From Azolla caroliniana (taxonomy: Eukaryota; Plantae; Polypodiophyta): a stretch of DNA of 64,000 nt. The notes under the pieces are model-generated. The model did not search any database and was not told where the DNA came from. It saw only the letters and a program-made list of their open reading frames with translations. Positions 22,237 through 35,260 of the stretch are shown here, piece by piece (position 1 is the first letter of the stretch; each line of letters opens with the position of its first letter). Position numbers and translations under genes: made by a program. Where the stretch lies: contig JBHGNT010000010.1 of the NCBI GenBank assembly GCA_043228905.1, positions 8,184,001-8,248,000 on the forward strand, in the 5' to 3' direction.

Positions 22237-25200
22237 TGTTACGGGCATGAACATATAATATCCCGTGGTAAGAATTTACCGTAGTATTCTATACACGTGG
22301 ATAAGTGTGAGGGTTAAACGAGAGTGTAAAGAAGGGGAGGATTACTTTTAATCCTCGGGATTGAGACAACCCATTAGGTCAAGTGTGAACTTGCCTGGGG
22401 GCCTTGGGTATCGCTATAAATAAGAGGCCTAGCTACCCTCATTTGATCATCTTTTGACTACATCGAGACTCTGCTCGTGTGGTGGGTCAACTCTTGTAGC
22501 GAGCGCGCCAGCACCAGGTACGACTTGACGCCACGGCGGTGGTATGGGACGCCGATCGAGGCTCGAGTCCGTCTCGATCCCTTCGCTCGGGGGTGGTCGG
22601 GTGGATCGGCACCCTTCTTTCTCTTTCTCCTTTCTATCTTTCATTTCTTTCTCCTTATCTTAAGCTTACTTTAGTACCTAGATCTATAATATTTGGTATC
22701 AGATTTTTGTACTAATGTTTCTTTGTTTTTCATTTGTCTTTTGATTGATGCTGATCGATCGTTGTGCGGTTGGCCTTGATCCAGACAACAATCAACAAAG
22801 AACTTCGGTAACTCTTTCCATAATTTTTCTTTCTATTCTCTCTTCTCCCATCTAATCATGTGTTTAGTTTATATGTAATTTTTTTCATTAAGTCAATGAT
22901 GTTGTAGTGGTCTTTAATTGATTATCTAAAACGTTTACATATGTGCACGAGGTCAATACCTCGTTTGACATATTAATAATATGTGATGAGTGTCGTATGC
23001 GTACGAGGTTAATACCTCAATTACGTATTACGTTCACGAACATATGTTACGTTTGCGTATGAGTTTAATACCTTGATTTGTTGTAAACGATATGCGTTTG
23101 GTCTCGTATGCGTAAGAGGTCAATACCTCCATTGCATATTACGATGATCTCTTATTTGTGGATGTTTCGTGTGCGTAGAGGTATATACCTCGATTACGTA
23201 TCTCGGTCACATCATTTGTGGCTATTTAATATAACGATATGTTTAATATAGGCATATGTGGTCACATATATACGTATTTGATCGTATATATGTGAAAAGT
23301 AAACATATGTGTATATTCGTTATTACGTGATTATGTCGAAAGTTGTCATGGTCGGGAAAAGGATGTTGGTGGCCGTCCTCACATTTTTGTGAGAATGGCG
23401 TTGTCACCATCCCTTTTTCAACAATTTTTTATTTTTGATAACCCCGTTGATGACCTCGATTTCGTTACGTAAAGAAACGCCAATAGCCATAATGATGTTG
23501 AGTACGTAGGGCTTGACCCACTTCAAGTGAGGTCGCTCCAATGACGCACGTATCCAACATCCCTCCCTCGTTACATAGTTTTGGTAAATGAGGGCGAAAT
23601 AAGGACCCTTGACATATATGTTCTTTTAAAAAAACATATATGATCAATTGCCTCGCATATCTCTTATACGCATCAAACATTAAGCATTCGAGAAGAGCAA
23701 CTTACTTGGTTGGCTCAAGTGTTTAATGTATTTGTTCTCGAGGTCTCGAGTTCAAATATGACCAAGACCATACAACATCCTTGATACATATGACTATAAC
23801 ACATGTTTAGACTTAAGGTCTAAGTGCACCTCGGGGTCCTCGTAATAGGACTTAAAGAGCCGAAACCACTTATGTGGGCACCGAAACATAGTTTATTGTT
23901 AACATTTTTTTTCGTGTATAAACTATTCATGACGCGAACATACATGGTTGAGCCTCGGGGAGCCACCATGAAAAAATCGATATAGAGATCAGGGAAAGAC
24001 ATTTATTTGTCACCCCCATGGTTTTTAAAACACCTTTGTGTTACCATAGTAACCTGATCTTGAACCTCATCTCATACGTCTAGAGGGGTATTGACGTGAG
24101 ATAATGATATCGATTAATGCTCGCCCATGATATGTTTACATCACGACATGATGTTATGACTATCTCTCTGACCTTATCCTATTTCTTTTCCAGAAATAAT
24201 CTTTAATGGCTCAAATTAACGACCCGATGTCATCCGCTCAAGCGGAAGCAACTCAAGGGAATCCTCCTGGACAAATGTCCACTGAGATGTATTTGGCACA
24301 AATAACCCAATACCTTAGTTTCACTGCTCAACAGATGACCGAACTTCGGCAATCTCAGAGTGCTCTTGAGGCACGTGTCATTAGTCTACAACGTGAGACT
24401 AATAGACCTGATGAGCGACAAGGTGAACCATCATTTGTCGTTAAGCCATTTACGGGAGACAAAAAGGAAAGAACCGAAGAAGCAATCTGCACATGGCTGG
24501 GACGATGGGAGTCTCATTTTGAGCTCTATCCCACGCCAGATAGTACGAAGATTGCATATGTCGGCCGAGAACTCGGGGGTAAGGCCGCCGCCTGGTAGTG
24601 TGGCCTCCGTACTATGGGGAAATTGCCCGATACTTGGACAGATTTTGTCACGGTTTTTAAGGGCCAATTTCTGCAACCTCCCTCTCGAACCGAGGCAGCA
24701 CAAGCTTTAATGAATCTCTCTAGCAGGAAATTTTCCTCGCTAGAAGACTATGTTCACCATGCTAGAACCCAAATCCAAAAATCGGGTCTAGAAGGGGACA
24801 ATTGGTTGATAGCTTGTTTTGTCAATGGCATCCCCAATTCGGACTATCACTGGATAGTGCACGATAAGGATCCAAAATCCTTCGAAGAGGCCGTTGAAAT
24901 AGTTCTTCGCTATCAACGCACTTCGAAGAAGGACCATAACAAACCCAACAAAGCGCCCGGGACTAAGCAGTCGCAATTTGTTGGGAAACGCAAGACACCC
25001 AACGAATTCCTGGATCGCGATTGTAAGCGACAACATCCTTTTTGTGTATTCTGCAAAAAGAAGGGTCATACAAAAGATCAATGTCGAAAGCTCCAACGGA
25101 AAGAGCACGACAATAAAGCTAAAGTTGCAGACCATAAAGGTCAGATTCCTAATGTCCTTCAGGTCTATACACATCATTTAAGTAATTGTCAATGTTCTTT

Positions 25201-28200
25201 CCCTCACTATGTATTGGGTCCCAATGATTTACTATGTGCAAACGGGTATATCAATGGATCTCCCGTACAATTTTTATTTGATTCGGGAAGCTCACACAAT
25301 TTTGTGAATGATCGTTTGGTTCAGATATGGGGAATCCAACCCACCGTAAGTGATCACACCTACACGGTGCACTTGGCTGATGGAAGAGTACAATACATCA
25401 ACGGGGCGATTCATTCATTAGGAATTTCTATTGATACTTATATAGAGGAAGTAGACTTCCATGTAATGAATCTTTGTACCACCGATGTAATACTGGGTTA
25501 TCCCTGGTTTTATAATAAAAACTCTTCTTTATTTATTGATTGGATTCGTCATTCCATTTCTTTTGTATTGAACGATTGTACGCATTTTATTCAATGTGTA
25601 AAAAAACAATCCCTCTCGATTGTTTCCTCGTGCCCATCAATATCCGAGTTGTCTTGTTCTACGTTATATTATTGTGTACTTGATCCGGACATTCACGTTT
25701 ACAATATCGATAATGTCCCGATTCAATTAACATATTTTGAACAACAACAACTTGATGAAATCTTAAATGATTTTCATGATGTTTTTCCAAGTGAACTACC
25801 TGATGGGTTACCTCCTAAACGTAATATAGACCATCGTATAGATATTGTACCTGGTGTTGCACCAATAAGTATACCTCCGTATCGCTTAAGTCGATCCGAA
25901 GAGGATGAGGTATCTAAGCAACTCAAGGACTATTTACGAATGGGTTATATACGTTATAGTAAATCTCCATGGGGTGCACCAGTTCTCTTGGTTAAAAAGA
26001 AAGAGGGCACATGGCGTATGTGTATTAATTACCGACACTTGAATAAAGTGACGATCAAGAATTCGTATCCATTGCCCCGGGCTGACAATTGACCGTCTCC
26101 AGGGAGCTCGGTATTTTACGAAACTTAATCTCCGTACTGGCTACCATCAAATACGAATAAGTGAGGACGATGTTCCTAAAACGGCATTTCGTACGCGCTA
26201 TGGCCATTACGAGTTTTTGGTTATGCCTTTTGGTTTGACCAATGCTCTGGCTACTTTTCAACAAGAAAAGAATGACATTTTCCGAGAACAACTTGGAAAA
26301 TTTGTTGTTATTTTCTTGGATGATATTTTAGTTTATAGCCGTACATTACAAGAACATGCTAGACATGTCCGCTTTGTTTTACAAACATTGCGTGACAAAC
26401 AATTTTATGTGAAGATCTCAAAATGTGAGTTCTTCAAGAAATCAATTACTTATCTAGGACATCTCATAACCGAACGAGGAGTTGAAATTGATCCTTCTCG
26501 CATTGAGAAAATCAAGCTCTGGCCCACTCTTCGGAATATTCGAGAAGTTCGATCATTCCTTGGTTTTGTGGGGTTTTTGCGAAAGTCTCTTCGTAATTAC
26601 TCCCAATTGACGACGCCGTTTACTGATCTTTTAAAAGGTCAAACGCGTAAGTCTACAAAACCTATTGTGTGGAATGCTACACTAGACCTTGCCTTTAAGG
26701 AACTCAAGGACCTGGTTTGCAAGGCTCCTTCACTTCTTTTACCCGATCCTTCAAAACCTTTTGAGGTTGAAACCGATGCAAGCGATTATGCTATAGGTGC
26801 TGTCTTGTATCAAGATGGTAAACCAATAACATTCGAGAGTAAGAAACTTGATTCTGCTCAATGTCGGTATACCGTTCAAGAAAAGGAATTATTTGTAGTT
26901 ATACATGCGCTCAAAACATGGCGCCATTATCTTTATGGAAATCACTTTGTGGTAACTACGGACCACGAGTCCTTGAAATATTTTTGTGACCAACAAGACC
27001 TGAAAGGTCGTAAGGCACGATGGGCTGATCTCATCCAGGACTTTGATTTTTCCATACGATATCGTAAAGGTTCCATGAACACTGTCGCTGATGCACTAAG
27101 TCGCATCCGTGAAGTTAACATGCTTAGCTTCACTGCAATATCATCAGATCTTTATGATCACCTTCGAGGAAAGTATCCTGATGACAGTTATTTCGCAAAA
27201 TACTGGGCAAGAGTTGAGTCTGGAACAGACACCACCACATCCTCGAAGGAATACTTCCACATTGCTAACGGTTTGCTCTACCGTAATGGGAAGGTTTGTG
27301 TTCCAGATTTACCCGAGGTAAAAAAGAGGATTCTTTTTGAATGCCATGATGCACCCTCAGCAGGGCACCCTGGAATACATCGTACACTCGTTCTCATCTC
27401 CACTCAATTTTATTGGCCTAAGATGCGTCCTGACATACATAGCTATGTGACTAAATGTCACCAGTGTCAGGTTAACAAAGCCGAGCGACTTAAAGCCGCA
27501 TGACTTTTACATCCCTTGGACATTCCCAATAATAAGTGGGAAAGTATATCCATGGATTTTATTGTTAGCCTTCCTCGCACCCAAAAAGGTCATGATGCCA
27601 TCTGGGTTGTCGTTGATCGACTAACTAAAATGGCCAGATTTATTGCTACTAAAACCACGGTAACAGCTCCTGAATTGGCTTACCAATTCGTTGACGAATT
27701 GTTTCGTTTTTATGGTTTACCGATGGATATCGTGAGTGATCGAGATCCAAAGTTTACTAGTGACTTCTGGACACAAGTCTTTAAGAAGTTAGAAACTACG
27801 TTGAGCATGAGCTCCACGGATCATCCTCAATCCGATGGACAGACAGAACGAGTAAATCAAATTATTGAGGACATTCTTCGAGCATACGTTGGTGCAAAAC
27901 CAACAAAATGGGAACGTTATCTCCCAATTTTGGAGTTTGCTTATAACAGCTCCAAGCATACGTCGACGGGATATAGTCCTTTTATGTTGATGTATGGTTT
28001 TCAGCCACGAGCCCCGATTGATGTTAATATACATCATGATGAGTTGCGAAGTACGCAAAACTTTCTTCGGGATATGCAAGATATGTTGCATATTGCACGA
28101 GATAATATAAAAACAGCTCAAGATAGAGCGCGTTTTTATGCCGATCATCATAGGCAACCTCGTGTATTCAACCTTGGACAGAAGGTATTTTTACGTGTAC

Positions 28201-29056
28201 CTCACAATTCTAAGACATTGTCTACGGGTAAGTGCGCTAAGTTAGCCCCACGGTTTTGTGGACCTTTTACAGTCCTCAAACGCATTGGGTCATCAGCCTA
28301 TCGTCTCGCTCTTCCCGATGGTGTCGGAATTCATCCAGTCTTTCATGTGAGTCGTCTAAAAGAACTTCTAGGTTTTGGCGACAATACAGTTACAACTGAA
28401 ACTCTGGTTACTTTTGAAGAATTATCTTCTAAACCACATGTACCAGAAAGAATTCTCGATGTTAAAGCAAAAAAATTACGTACTAAAGAAATCCGAGAAT
28501 TTAAAATAAAATGGATGGATAAATCAATAAAAGATGCCACATGGGAACGCGAAAATACTCTTAGAACTAACTTCCCTAACTTTCCATTGCAAGAGTGCAA
28601 TGTTTTAAAGAGGGGGAGTATGTTACGGGCATGACCATATAATATCCCGTGGTAAGAATTTACCGTAGTATTCTATACACGTGGATAAGTGTGAGGGTTA
28701 AACGAGAGTGTAAAGAAGGGGAGGATTGAGACAACCCATTAGGTCAAGTGTGAACTTGCCTGGGGGCCTTGGGTATCGCTATAAATAAGAGGCCTAGCTA
28801 CCCTCATTTGATCATCTTTTGACTACATCGAGACTCTGCTCGTGTGGTGGGTCAACTCTTGTAGCGAGCGCGCCAGCACCAGGTACGACTCGACGCCACG
28901 GCGGTGGTATGGGACGCCGATCGAGGCTCGAGTCCGTCTCGATCCCTTCGCTCGGGGGTGGTCGGGTGGATCGGCACCCTTCTTTCTCTTTCTCCTTTCT
29001 ATCTTTCATTTCTTTATCCTTATCTTAAGCTTACTTTAGTACCTAGATCTATAATA
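22237..29056 (+). mobile_element. Element K: full-length tRNA-iMet-primed chromovirus (Ty3/gypsy), defective
   Basis: LTRs 22237-22691 and 28621-29056 (19-bp indel between GGATT repeats), TSD CACAC, PBS TGGTATCAGA at 22694-22703, PPT AAAGAGGGGGAG. Confidence 0.95.
24206..28634 (+). pseudogene. K gag-pol with C-terminal chromodomain
   Basis: [36 protein letters not shown], integrase and GPF motif, chromodomain PERILD...IKWMDKSIKDATWE; stops at 24596 and 27501, frameshift near 26085. Confidence 0.93.
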
Positions 29057-29981
29057 CACACACTACGGGATCGCAGCGAATGACCTATTGACGGGTCGAA
29101 CAAACCTACGGGGAGGCAAGTGCGAAGAAGGAACCAGAGCCGACGGTTCGGACCGGCAAGGCCAACACGGCAACCAGAACATGGATTGCGGAAGACCGGT
29201 TCCTCACAGGCCGGAATCTCTCACCCTTCTCCGAATTTAGCATGTACCGGTGGACGTGCGGTTTGGTGGGGGTGGATGTCGTGAAGATTCCAGGCCATGG
29301 TGAGAAACCGGGGAATATCGAAAGAATCGGTGGAGTGCACCATGGGCACTTACCCTTGTAAAAACGTGTGAATAATAGGGGTGCGTTTATGGCGCTGAAC
29401 AGGAGTCAAGTCGGGATAGAGAATCCCATGTAAATCGGGATTTATCCCACATTGTAACGCATCCCTCTCCTTATTCTATAAAAGGAAGGGAGGGTCCCTT
29501 GTAGAGGGGTTGCCCATTTTGAGTCACAAGGGTATACCAGTTTGGTCGAGGGTCAATTTGTTAAGAATTCGTGTAGGGTTAGTAACTTTCCTATAGTCTG
29601 CTTCTTCTTCTCCTTCTTGAGAAGTGGGGTGCCGTAGCCATGGCGACAAAGCTCTGTAAGGGTTAAGTTCTTCTTCTTCTTCTGAGTGTAGCCCGGATCG
29701 AAGCCGGGGTTGTATCTTCCCCTTTGTAATAAATATATTCATATTTGTTTGCGCATATTGGTGTCTCTAATGGTGTCGGGTGCATAAATCCCCTCCTTTG
29801 CTTCCTGTACATAAGAGTCGGTGTTGCGCGCGTGCTCTCTCTCTTCTCTCTCTCTCTCTCTCTCTCGTGTTCGGTTGCCTCTGGTATGTGTCCGTAGTAG
29901 GTTTTCTTGGCATCCCTCTCTTCCTGGTCTGAGACCCCCGTGGTCTCGCCTTTCTACACGCACTTGTGGATTTCCGTGACA

Positions 29982-32131
29982 ACTTGTGGAGCATACGGCC
30001 GGAAGCCTTCACCATCCAAGGTGAACGCGATCGAGGACATAAAAGAAGAATACGTAAACCAAATGGAGGTTCAAAGGTTCCTTGGAGAATGCACGTTTTA
30101 TCATATCTGGATTCGGCACTACGCTCATGTCGTCGAGCCATTATATGGTTTGCTAAAGAAAAGAATGAAGTTTGAATGGCGAGACGAGCATACAAACGCG
30201 ATGTGAAGATTGAAGAAACTACTTCTTGAAGATCCAACACTAAGGAAGGCCGACTATACCAAAGGAAAACCGATTTATGTGACTGTAGATACGAGCCCAA
30301 CTGGAATCAGGTGGGTCATCAACCAAGAAGGAGAAGATAATGTGCGGTATGCCATCCGGTTCGGAGCAAAGGTTCTCAATGAGTGACAACAAAGATACGC
30401 CCAAGTCAAGTGGGAACTTTGGGGTATTGTGTCTGCAGTAAAGATGGACAAAGCCTACCTGATCGGGTCGGAAGTGATAATTGAGACAGATTGTCTCCCA
30501 ATCCTCGAGATGATCTCAGGATGTGCGACACCAGATTCTAGCTATGCTAAGGTGGATCGCCTATATCAAGTCTTTAAAGCCAGAGATCCACCACATTGCA
30601 AGAAAGAAGAACGTCATGGCTGACATGTTATTGAGGGAAAGATTTGAGAATGAAATTGACATGGTTTCGGAAGATGAAGACGTCACCCTCGACTTCTTCA
30701 AGATGGCCCGACTATCGGTGGAAGACAAGGACACGCTAACCCTCCATGCCTTCAACGAGGACGAGTATGAAGGAGAGTGGTTATTGATCGACAGATTCTT
30801 AAGAACAATGACGACGGATGCTTCGTTGACGAAAGAGGAGGTTCTACGAATCCGGAAGAAAGCTTACCAATACTTCCTGAAGGGAGGATTCCTCTGGTGA
30901 CACCCAAAAAGAAGGATAGGAATGCCACGTCGAGTGGTGGTGAAGAAAGAAGAGCAATTGACGCTGATGACCGAATTCCACGAGAGTCCTTGGGCGGGTC
31001 ATAGAGGAACATGGGCGACGTTCGAAAAGTTGAAGGAAAAGTACTGATGGCCAAGCATGTACAAAGATGTACTCCATTTCGTGTCCACATGCGAAAGTTG
31101 CCAAGTACATTCGAACATATGTCATCGTGATGAGTTACGGCCGACATACCTGCTCACCATACACTTCAAATGGATGGTGGATCTAGTCTCGATGCTAATG
31201 GGAGTGGGACAAATGAAGTACTTAGTTCTGGCAAGAGAAGACTTAACAAATCAAATGGAAGGACGGGCCTTGGCAAATAAGACGACATTAGCTGTTTGCA
31301 AATTTCTACTCGAAGAGGTTGTTTGTCGATACGGATGTGTGGGAAAGATAGTGGCCGATCGAGGGGTCAGATGCACGCGAAGCAATGGAGCTCTTCGATC
31401 GACTAGGCGTGAAGCTCTCCCTCACAACTACCTACAATCCAAAAGCGAATGGGAAGATCGAGCGAGGGCATGGACCAATCGTCAAAGCCATCGTACGAGC
31501 ATGCAACGGTAGAGTCGGGAACTGGCCACGACTATTGCCCTATGCCTTGTGGGCCGACAGAACTAAACATAGTTTAGTGACAGGGTATATGCCAACAGAG
31601 CTTATGTATGGACAGAAGCCAATAATCCCCATCGAAAGGACGATCGCCTCATGGGTAGTGATACCATGGGAGACCGAGAGGAGCCGAGAAGAATTATTAG
31701 CGGCACGGATAAGGCAACTTGAAAGGAGACCTGAAGATCTAGAAAAAACATGAAAGATGATGGAGGCAGCCCGAGTGAAGAACAAAATTCGGTTCGACAA
31801 GACGCATCGACTGCGTCCCAAGAAGATCGAAGAAGGAGATTGGGTATTGGTCTACGATAGCAACCTTGACAATCAACATAGGACAACAAGGAAGTTCGCA
31901 AGAAGATGGTTCAGACCGTATGTGGTGACAAGTGCCAACGACAATGCCACATACCACCTTGCGGAGCTAGACGGATCAAGGTTGGACATGCCCATTGCGG
32001 GAAAAAGAGTAAAGATTTTCAAAAAAATACAAGACGAGGATCCTAACCTCGACCACCTCCACGATGAAGATAATAGGAATGAACCTATAGACTTGAGTTA
32101 TGTGAACAAGGACATGGAGGAATCTGATTGA
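29982..32131 (+). pseudogene. A1 pol part 3 (RT end, RNase H, integrase; no chromodomain)
   Basis: VTVDTSPTG, IIETDCLP, CESCQ, YNPKANGKIERGH; multiple stops and frameshifts. Confidence 0.9.
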
Positions 32132-32203
32132 TCATCGTAGCTAAAATTTCACACTCTCTCCTCTTGGCACGTACCGGAGGATGCGTGGTTTGGTGGGGGT
32201 GGA

Positions 32204-32859
32204 TGTTGTGAAGATTTTCGGCGATAGTGTGTAAATTGTGAGGAACATACAAAATCGAGTGTGGTTCTTCTCACAAGATATGAAACAATAATAGTGTAGA
32301 TACTATTCTAAATAAGTTTAATATCTTAGTACGAAAAGATGGAGGTCTTCAAGAGCTTTCGAATGCACTTTATTACATAAGAAACGGACAACTAAGTGTC
32401 AAGTTATGTGGGTATAAAGATTGCGACGAAGAAAAGAAAAACAAAATTGTGTGATATCCCACATAGACAGGACAAATAAGGATCCCAGAGTATATAAGTA
32501 GACCAATATCTCTTCATAATATATCTATGTGTTTGGAACGTAAAAAGGTTGAACTGGATAGGGATGCAGACAGGATGAAACCGGCTCGGGTTGCAGACCG
32601 GAAGGAACCGGATGGACCAGACGGGTAGATTTATTGCAATGCACGATGTCTTGAAGTTTTCCGGTGTGAAACGAACAAAATCGTCTCGTTTCCGTTGTTT
32701 CATTCGGTTGCGGTTTCTGTGGATCTGTGTGTGTGTGTGTATATATGTGTGGAAGCACGGTCGTTTTCTTCCTTGCTCCTACCCTTGATCGATTATCCCT
32801 CGGTCCAGGACCCCCATGGTCCCGCCTCGTTCTACATGCACGCGCGTAACAACGCGACA
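32204..32859 (+). repeat. Chimeric LTR: 3' LTR of A1 fused to the 5'-LTR end of element C
   Basis: Preceded by a PPT; matches 6053-6635 up to ~32676, then diverges; ends CGCGACA and is followed by a Trp PBS at 32864-32881. Confidence 0.85.
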
Positions 32860-32931
32860 TATTTTGTGAACCCGATGTGAACAAGCGGCAGAGGAATAGG
32901 AAGATGAGGGGATCAGAGCTTTGTAGAAGCC

Positions 32932-35260
32932 ATGGCTTCAACTGTGGATCAGATAGTGAGTGCACGTGAAGGCGCAGGCGCCCTCGATAGGGCCATTGAA
33001 GCGATCGTCGGCACGATAGGCCGGTTCGGCGGAAAGGACGCCACGAGCTATTTGGAGGCCTACCGAGCCGAAATGATGATGAGGGACATTCCGGAGGACA
33101 GGCAACTAGCCGGATTCCCTCGAGTGGCAATGCCGAGCATCCATGTGGAGGTGCTCGAGGTACGAGCTTAGAGCCAGACCTGGGAAGAATTTGAAGGTCG
33201 ACTCCTTGAGAAATACGGGCTTGATGACGCGCTTCGGTTATCGAAGCGGAACTTCATGGAATGGGTGGAGACCCCCGAAAAGGGGAGAAACGTGTCAGTG
33301 CTCCTTCGGGTGTTTGAAGAACGGTTCACGCGTCTTTCAGCGCTAGACCGGACCATACTAGACACAAGCTGTGTCCTATGGTTTATTAAATCAGTGGACG
33401 TGAGGGACCGGGAGCAAGTGGGCCTCCTGCTAGAGACCGACGACGGGCTGACGGCTAACTGGGGGTGGTGAAGAGAGTCTGCGGCCGTTTCGACAAACAA
33501 CGAGATTGGGTCGATAAAGGCACGACGGGGGCAGGCTCTATTGCGGCAAGGAAGCTCGAGGTACCCCCACCGGTGCGAAGGGAGGAGACCCGAGAAGGGC
33601 TCGAGACTGGCTCGACTTCGACCAGCGTGGTCAAAGGCCCGTCCAGAGGTGTGGCTCTGGAGGATCTGACTCAGATGGTGAGGGACCTCCAGATTGCACA
33701 TGCACAGAGGGACAATGGCGAACAAGCCCGCGACCGAAGGCCTCAGGCCGGGCATCGATGCTTGTGGTGCGACGCGGTCGGCCACGCCCGGAAGGACTGT
33801 GGGGATTTCGCCGAAGCGATAAGGTCTAATGTGGTGTACCTATGGAACGGGTGTGTACATGCTAGCGAAACTAGGAGGGCCCTGGAACTGAACGTCGGAC
33901 GAGGGGGCATGAAGCGGCTGATGGAAGAAGCGGCGGCTCGCCATGCAGAGACTGTCCACTACTCGGCGTTGGCAGGAATCCGGGTCGGGAGCGACGAAGT
34001 CTGGAAGATGAAGAACTCTAGGTTCTGGCTGTTGATGCTAGAAGGCCTCGCCGGCGTACGATTGAGGAAAGAGGAAGCGGACCGCGTGGAAAGACGGGTC
34101 CGGGAGGTAACCGGGTGGAGTGACCCAGTCGAAGAAAAGACGGGCTTCATAGAAGCCGCGTGCCAGAACTACGAGGTTCTGGTGGAAGAGAAGCGTGCGG
34201 GAAAAACTAGAGGGGCTGGACCCTCGCAACGGTATGAGACCTGGTTCGGGCAGAGGCAGAATGACGCTAGTGCATTCGACGCACCGGACAAGGCCAAGAA
34301 GGCCGGTTACCGGTTGAGCACAGAGATCGAAAGGACCATGGACCTACGAAAGGTCATGGAGGAACGGATCCTCGACAACAAAGTGGAGTTCTTGTTGAGG
34401 GAAGTGCTCGGTATCACCAAAAAGAGTTCCACGACTCCATCGTAGACTTGGGGAAGCCGGTGGAGGTGCGAACGACGCACCTAGAAGACATGGCCCTGGA
34501 AGACTAGTTGGCGGAAAGCCACTATTCGAGGCTACATTGGGCTAGAGCCACTATGGAGACCCCCGTTAAGATCGGAGATGTCCAAGAGCCGGTGGTGGCG
34601 CTGGTAGACCACGGTTCGGAAATCAACTTGATGTTCATGGACTTTTACAAGAAGGGCAAGTGGCCGATCAACACCAAGCATGGGTGGAAAATACGAGCGA
34701 CAACAACGCGTGCCATGGAGGAGCTACATGGAGCTTGCCCGAATGTACGAGTGAAAATCGGCGATGTCAAGATCGATCAACACTTCTTTGTGCAGGAGAC
34801 ATCCTCGCATCTGGTGATACTCGGGGAGCCATACATCATAGCGACACGAATGGAGACGGAGGTGTTGGACAACGGTTCGGCGTACGCACGAGTCAAGAGC
34901 CAGGACAGGCGTCACTCCGTCTATTTTTTGACGGTACGACCGAACCATGAACGAAATCAAGAGACCCTGGGCGGCGAAAGCAGAGGGGATTTTTAGAGAG
35001 GGCTATCAAGGCGTGGGGCCGCGATAGTCCGGACACTCCGGAAAAACCCCACATGTGTACAGTAGGCAGAAGAACCTGTAGCATAGGTAGGAAGTTTTGG
35101 TTCTCCGACAACGGAGATTGTACAATAGCCGGCGTCGTTGGCTGGGAGAAGAAGCGGGCAGAAGTGTGACTCAAGGCATGCGGAGTCCTCGGCCCTAGAG
35201 AGGAAATCAACGGAGCTGTGGAGGCGGTGTCTTTCGACGACACCTTAGGGAAGCTACGGG
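32932..35260 (+). pseudogene. Element C: gag-protease and pol start of a second Trp-primed gypsy subfamily
   Basis: CLWCDAVGHARKDC, ALVDHGSEINL, GGATTTT-TAG at 34987-34996; interrupted by copia D. Confidence 0.85.

Larger units (their letters stand above)
19461..29981 (+). mobile_element. Element B: non-autonomous (LARD-like) member of the Trp-primed gypsy group, hosting element K
   Basis: LTRs 19461-20145 and 29277-29981, PBS TGGTGAGCCCGATGTGAA at 20150-20167, same G-rich PPT as A1; only ~130 bp of gag, then non-coding repeats. Confidence 0.9.
6053..32859 (+). mobile_element. Element A1: degenerate tRNA-Trp-primed non-chromovirus Ty3/gypsy (Phygy/Selgy-like) hosting four direct insertions, one of which carries a fifth
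   Basis: 5' LTR 6053-7203, PBS 7212-7229, gag-PR-RT-RH-INT fragments in order, G-rich PPT GGTTTGGTGGGGGTGGA ending at 32203, 3' LTR from 32204 (chimeric). Confidence 0.9.

Noticed and set aside
32525-33785. ~200-aa antisense ORFs as extra retroelement genes
   Set aside because: GC-rich shadows of gag with no motifs, not conserved in A1 or A2
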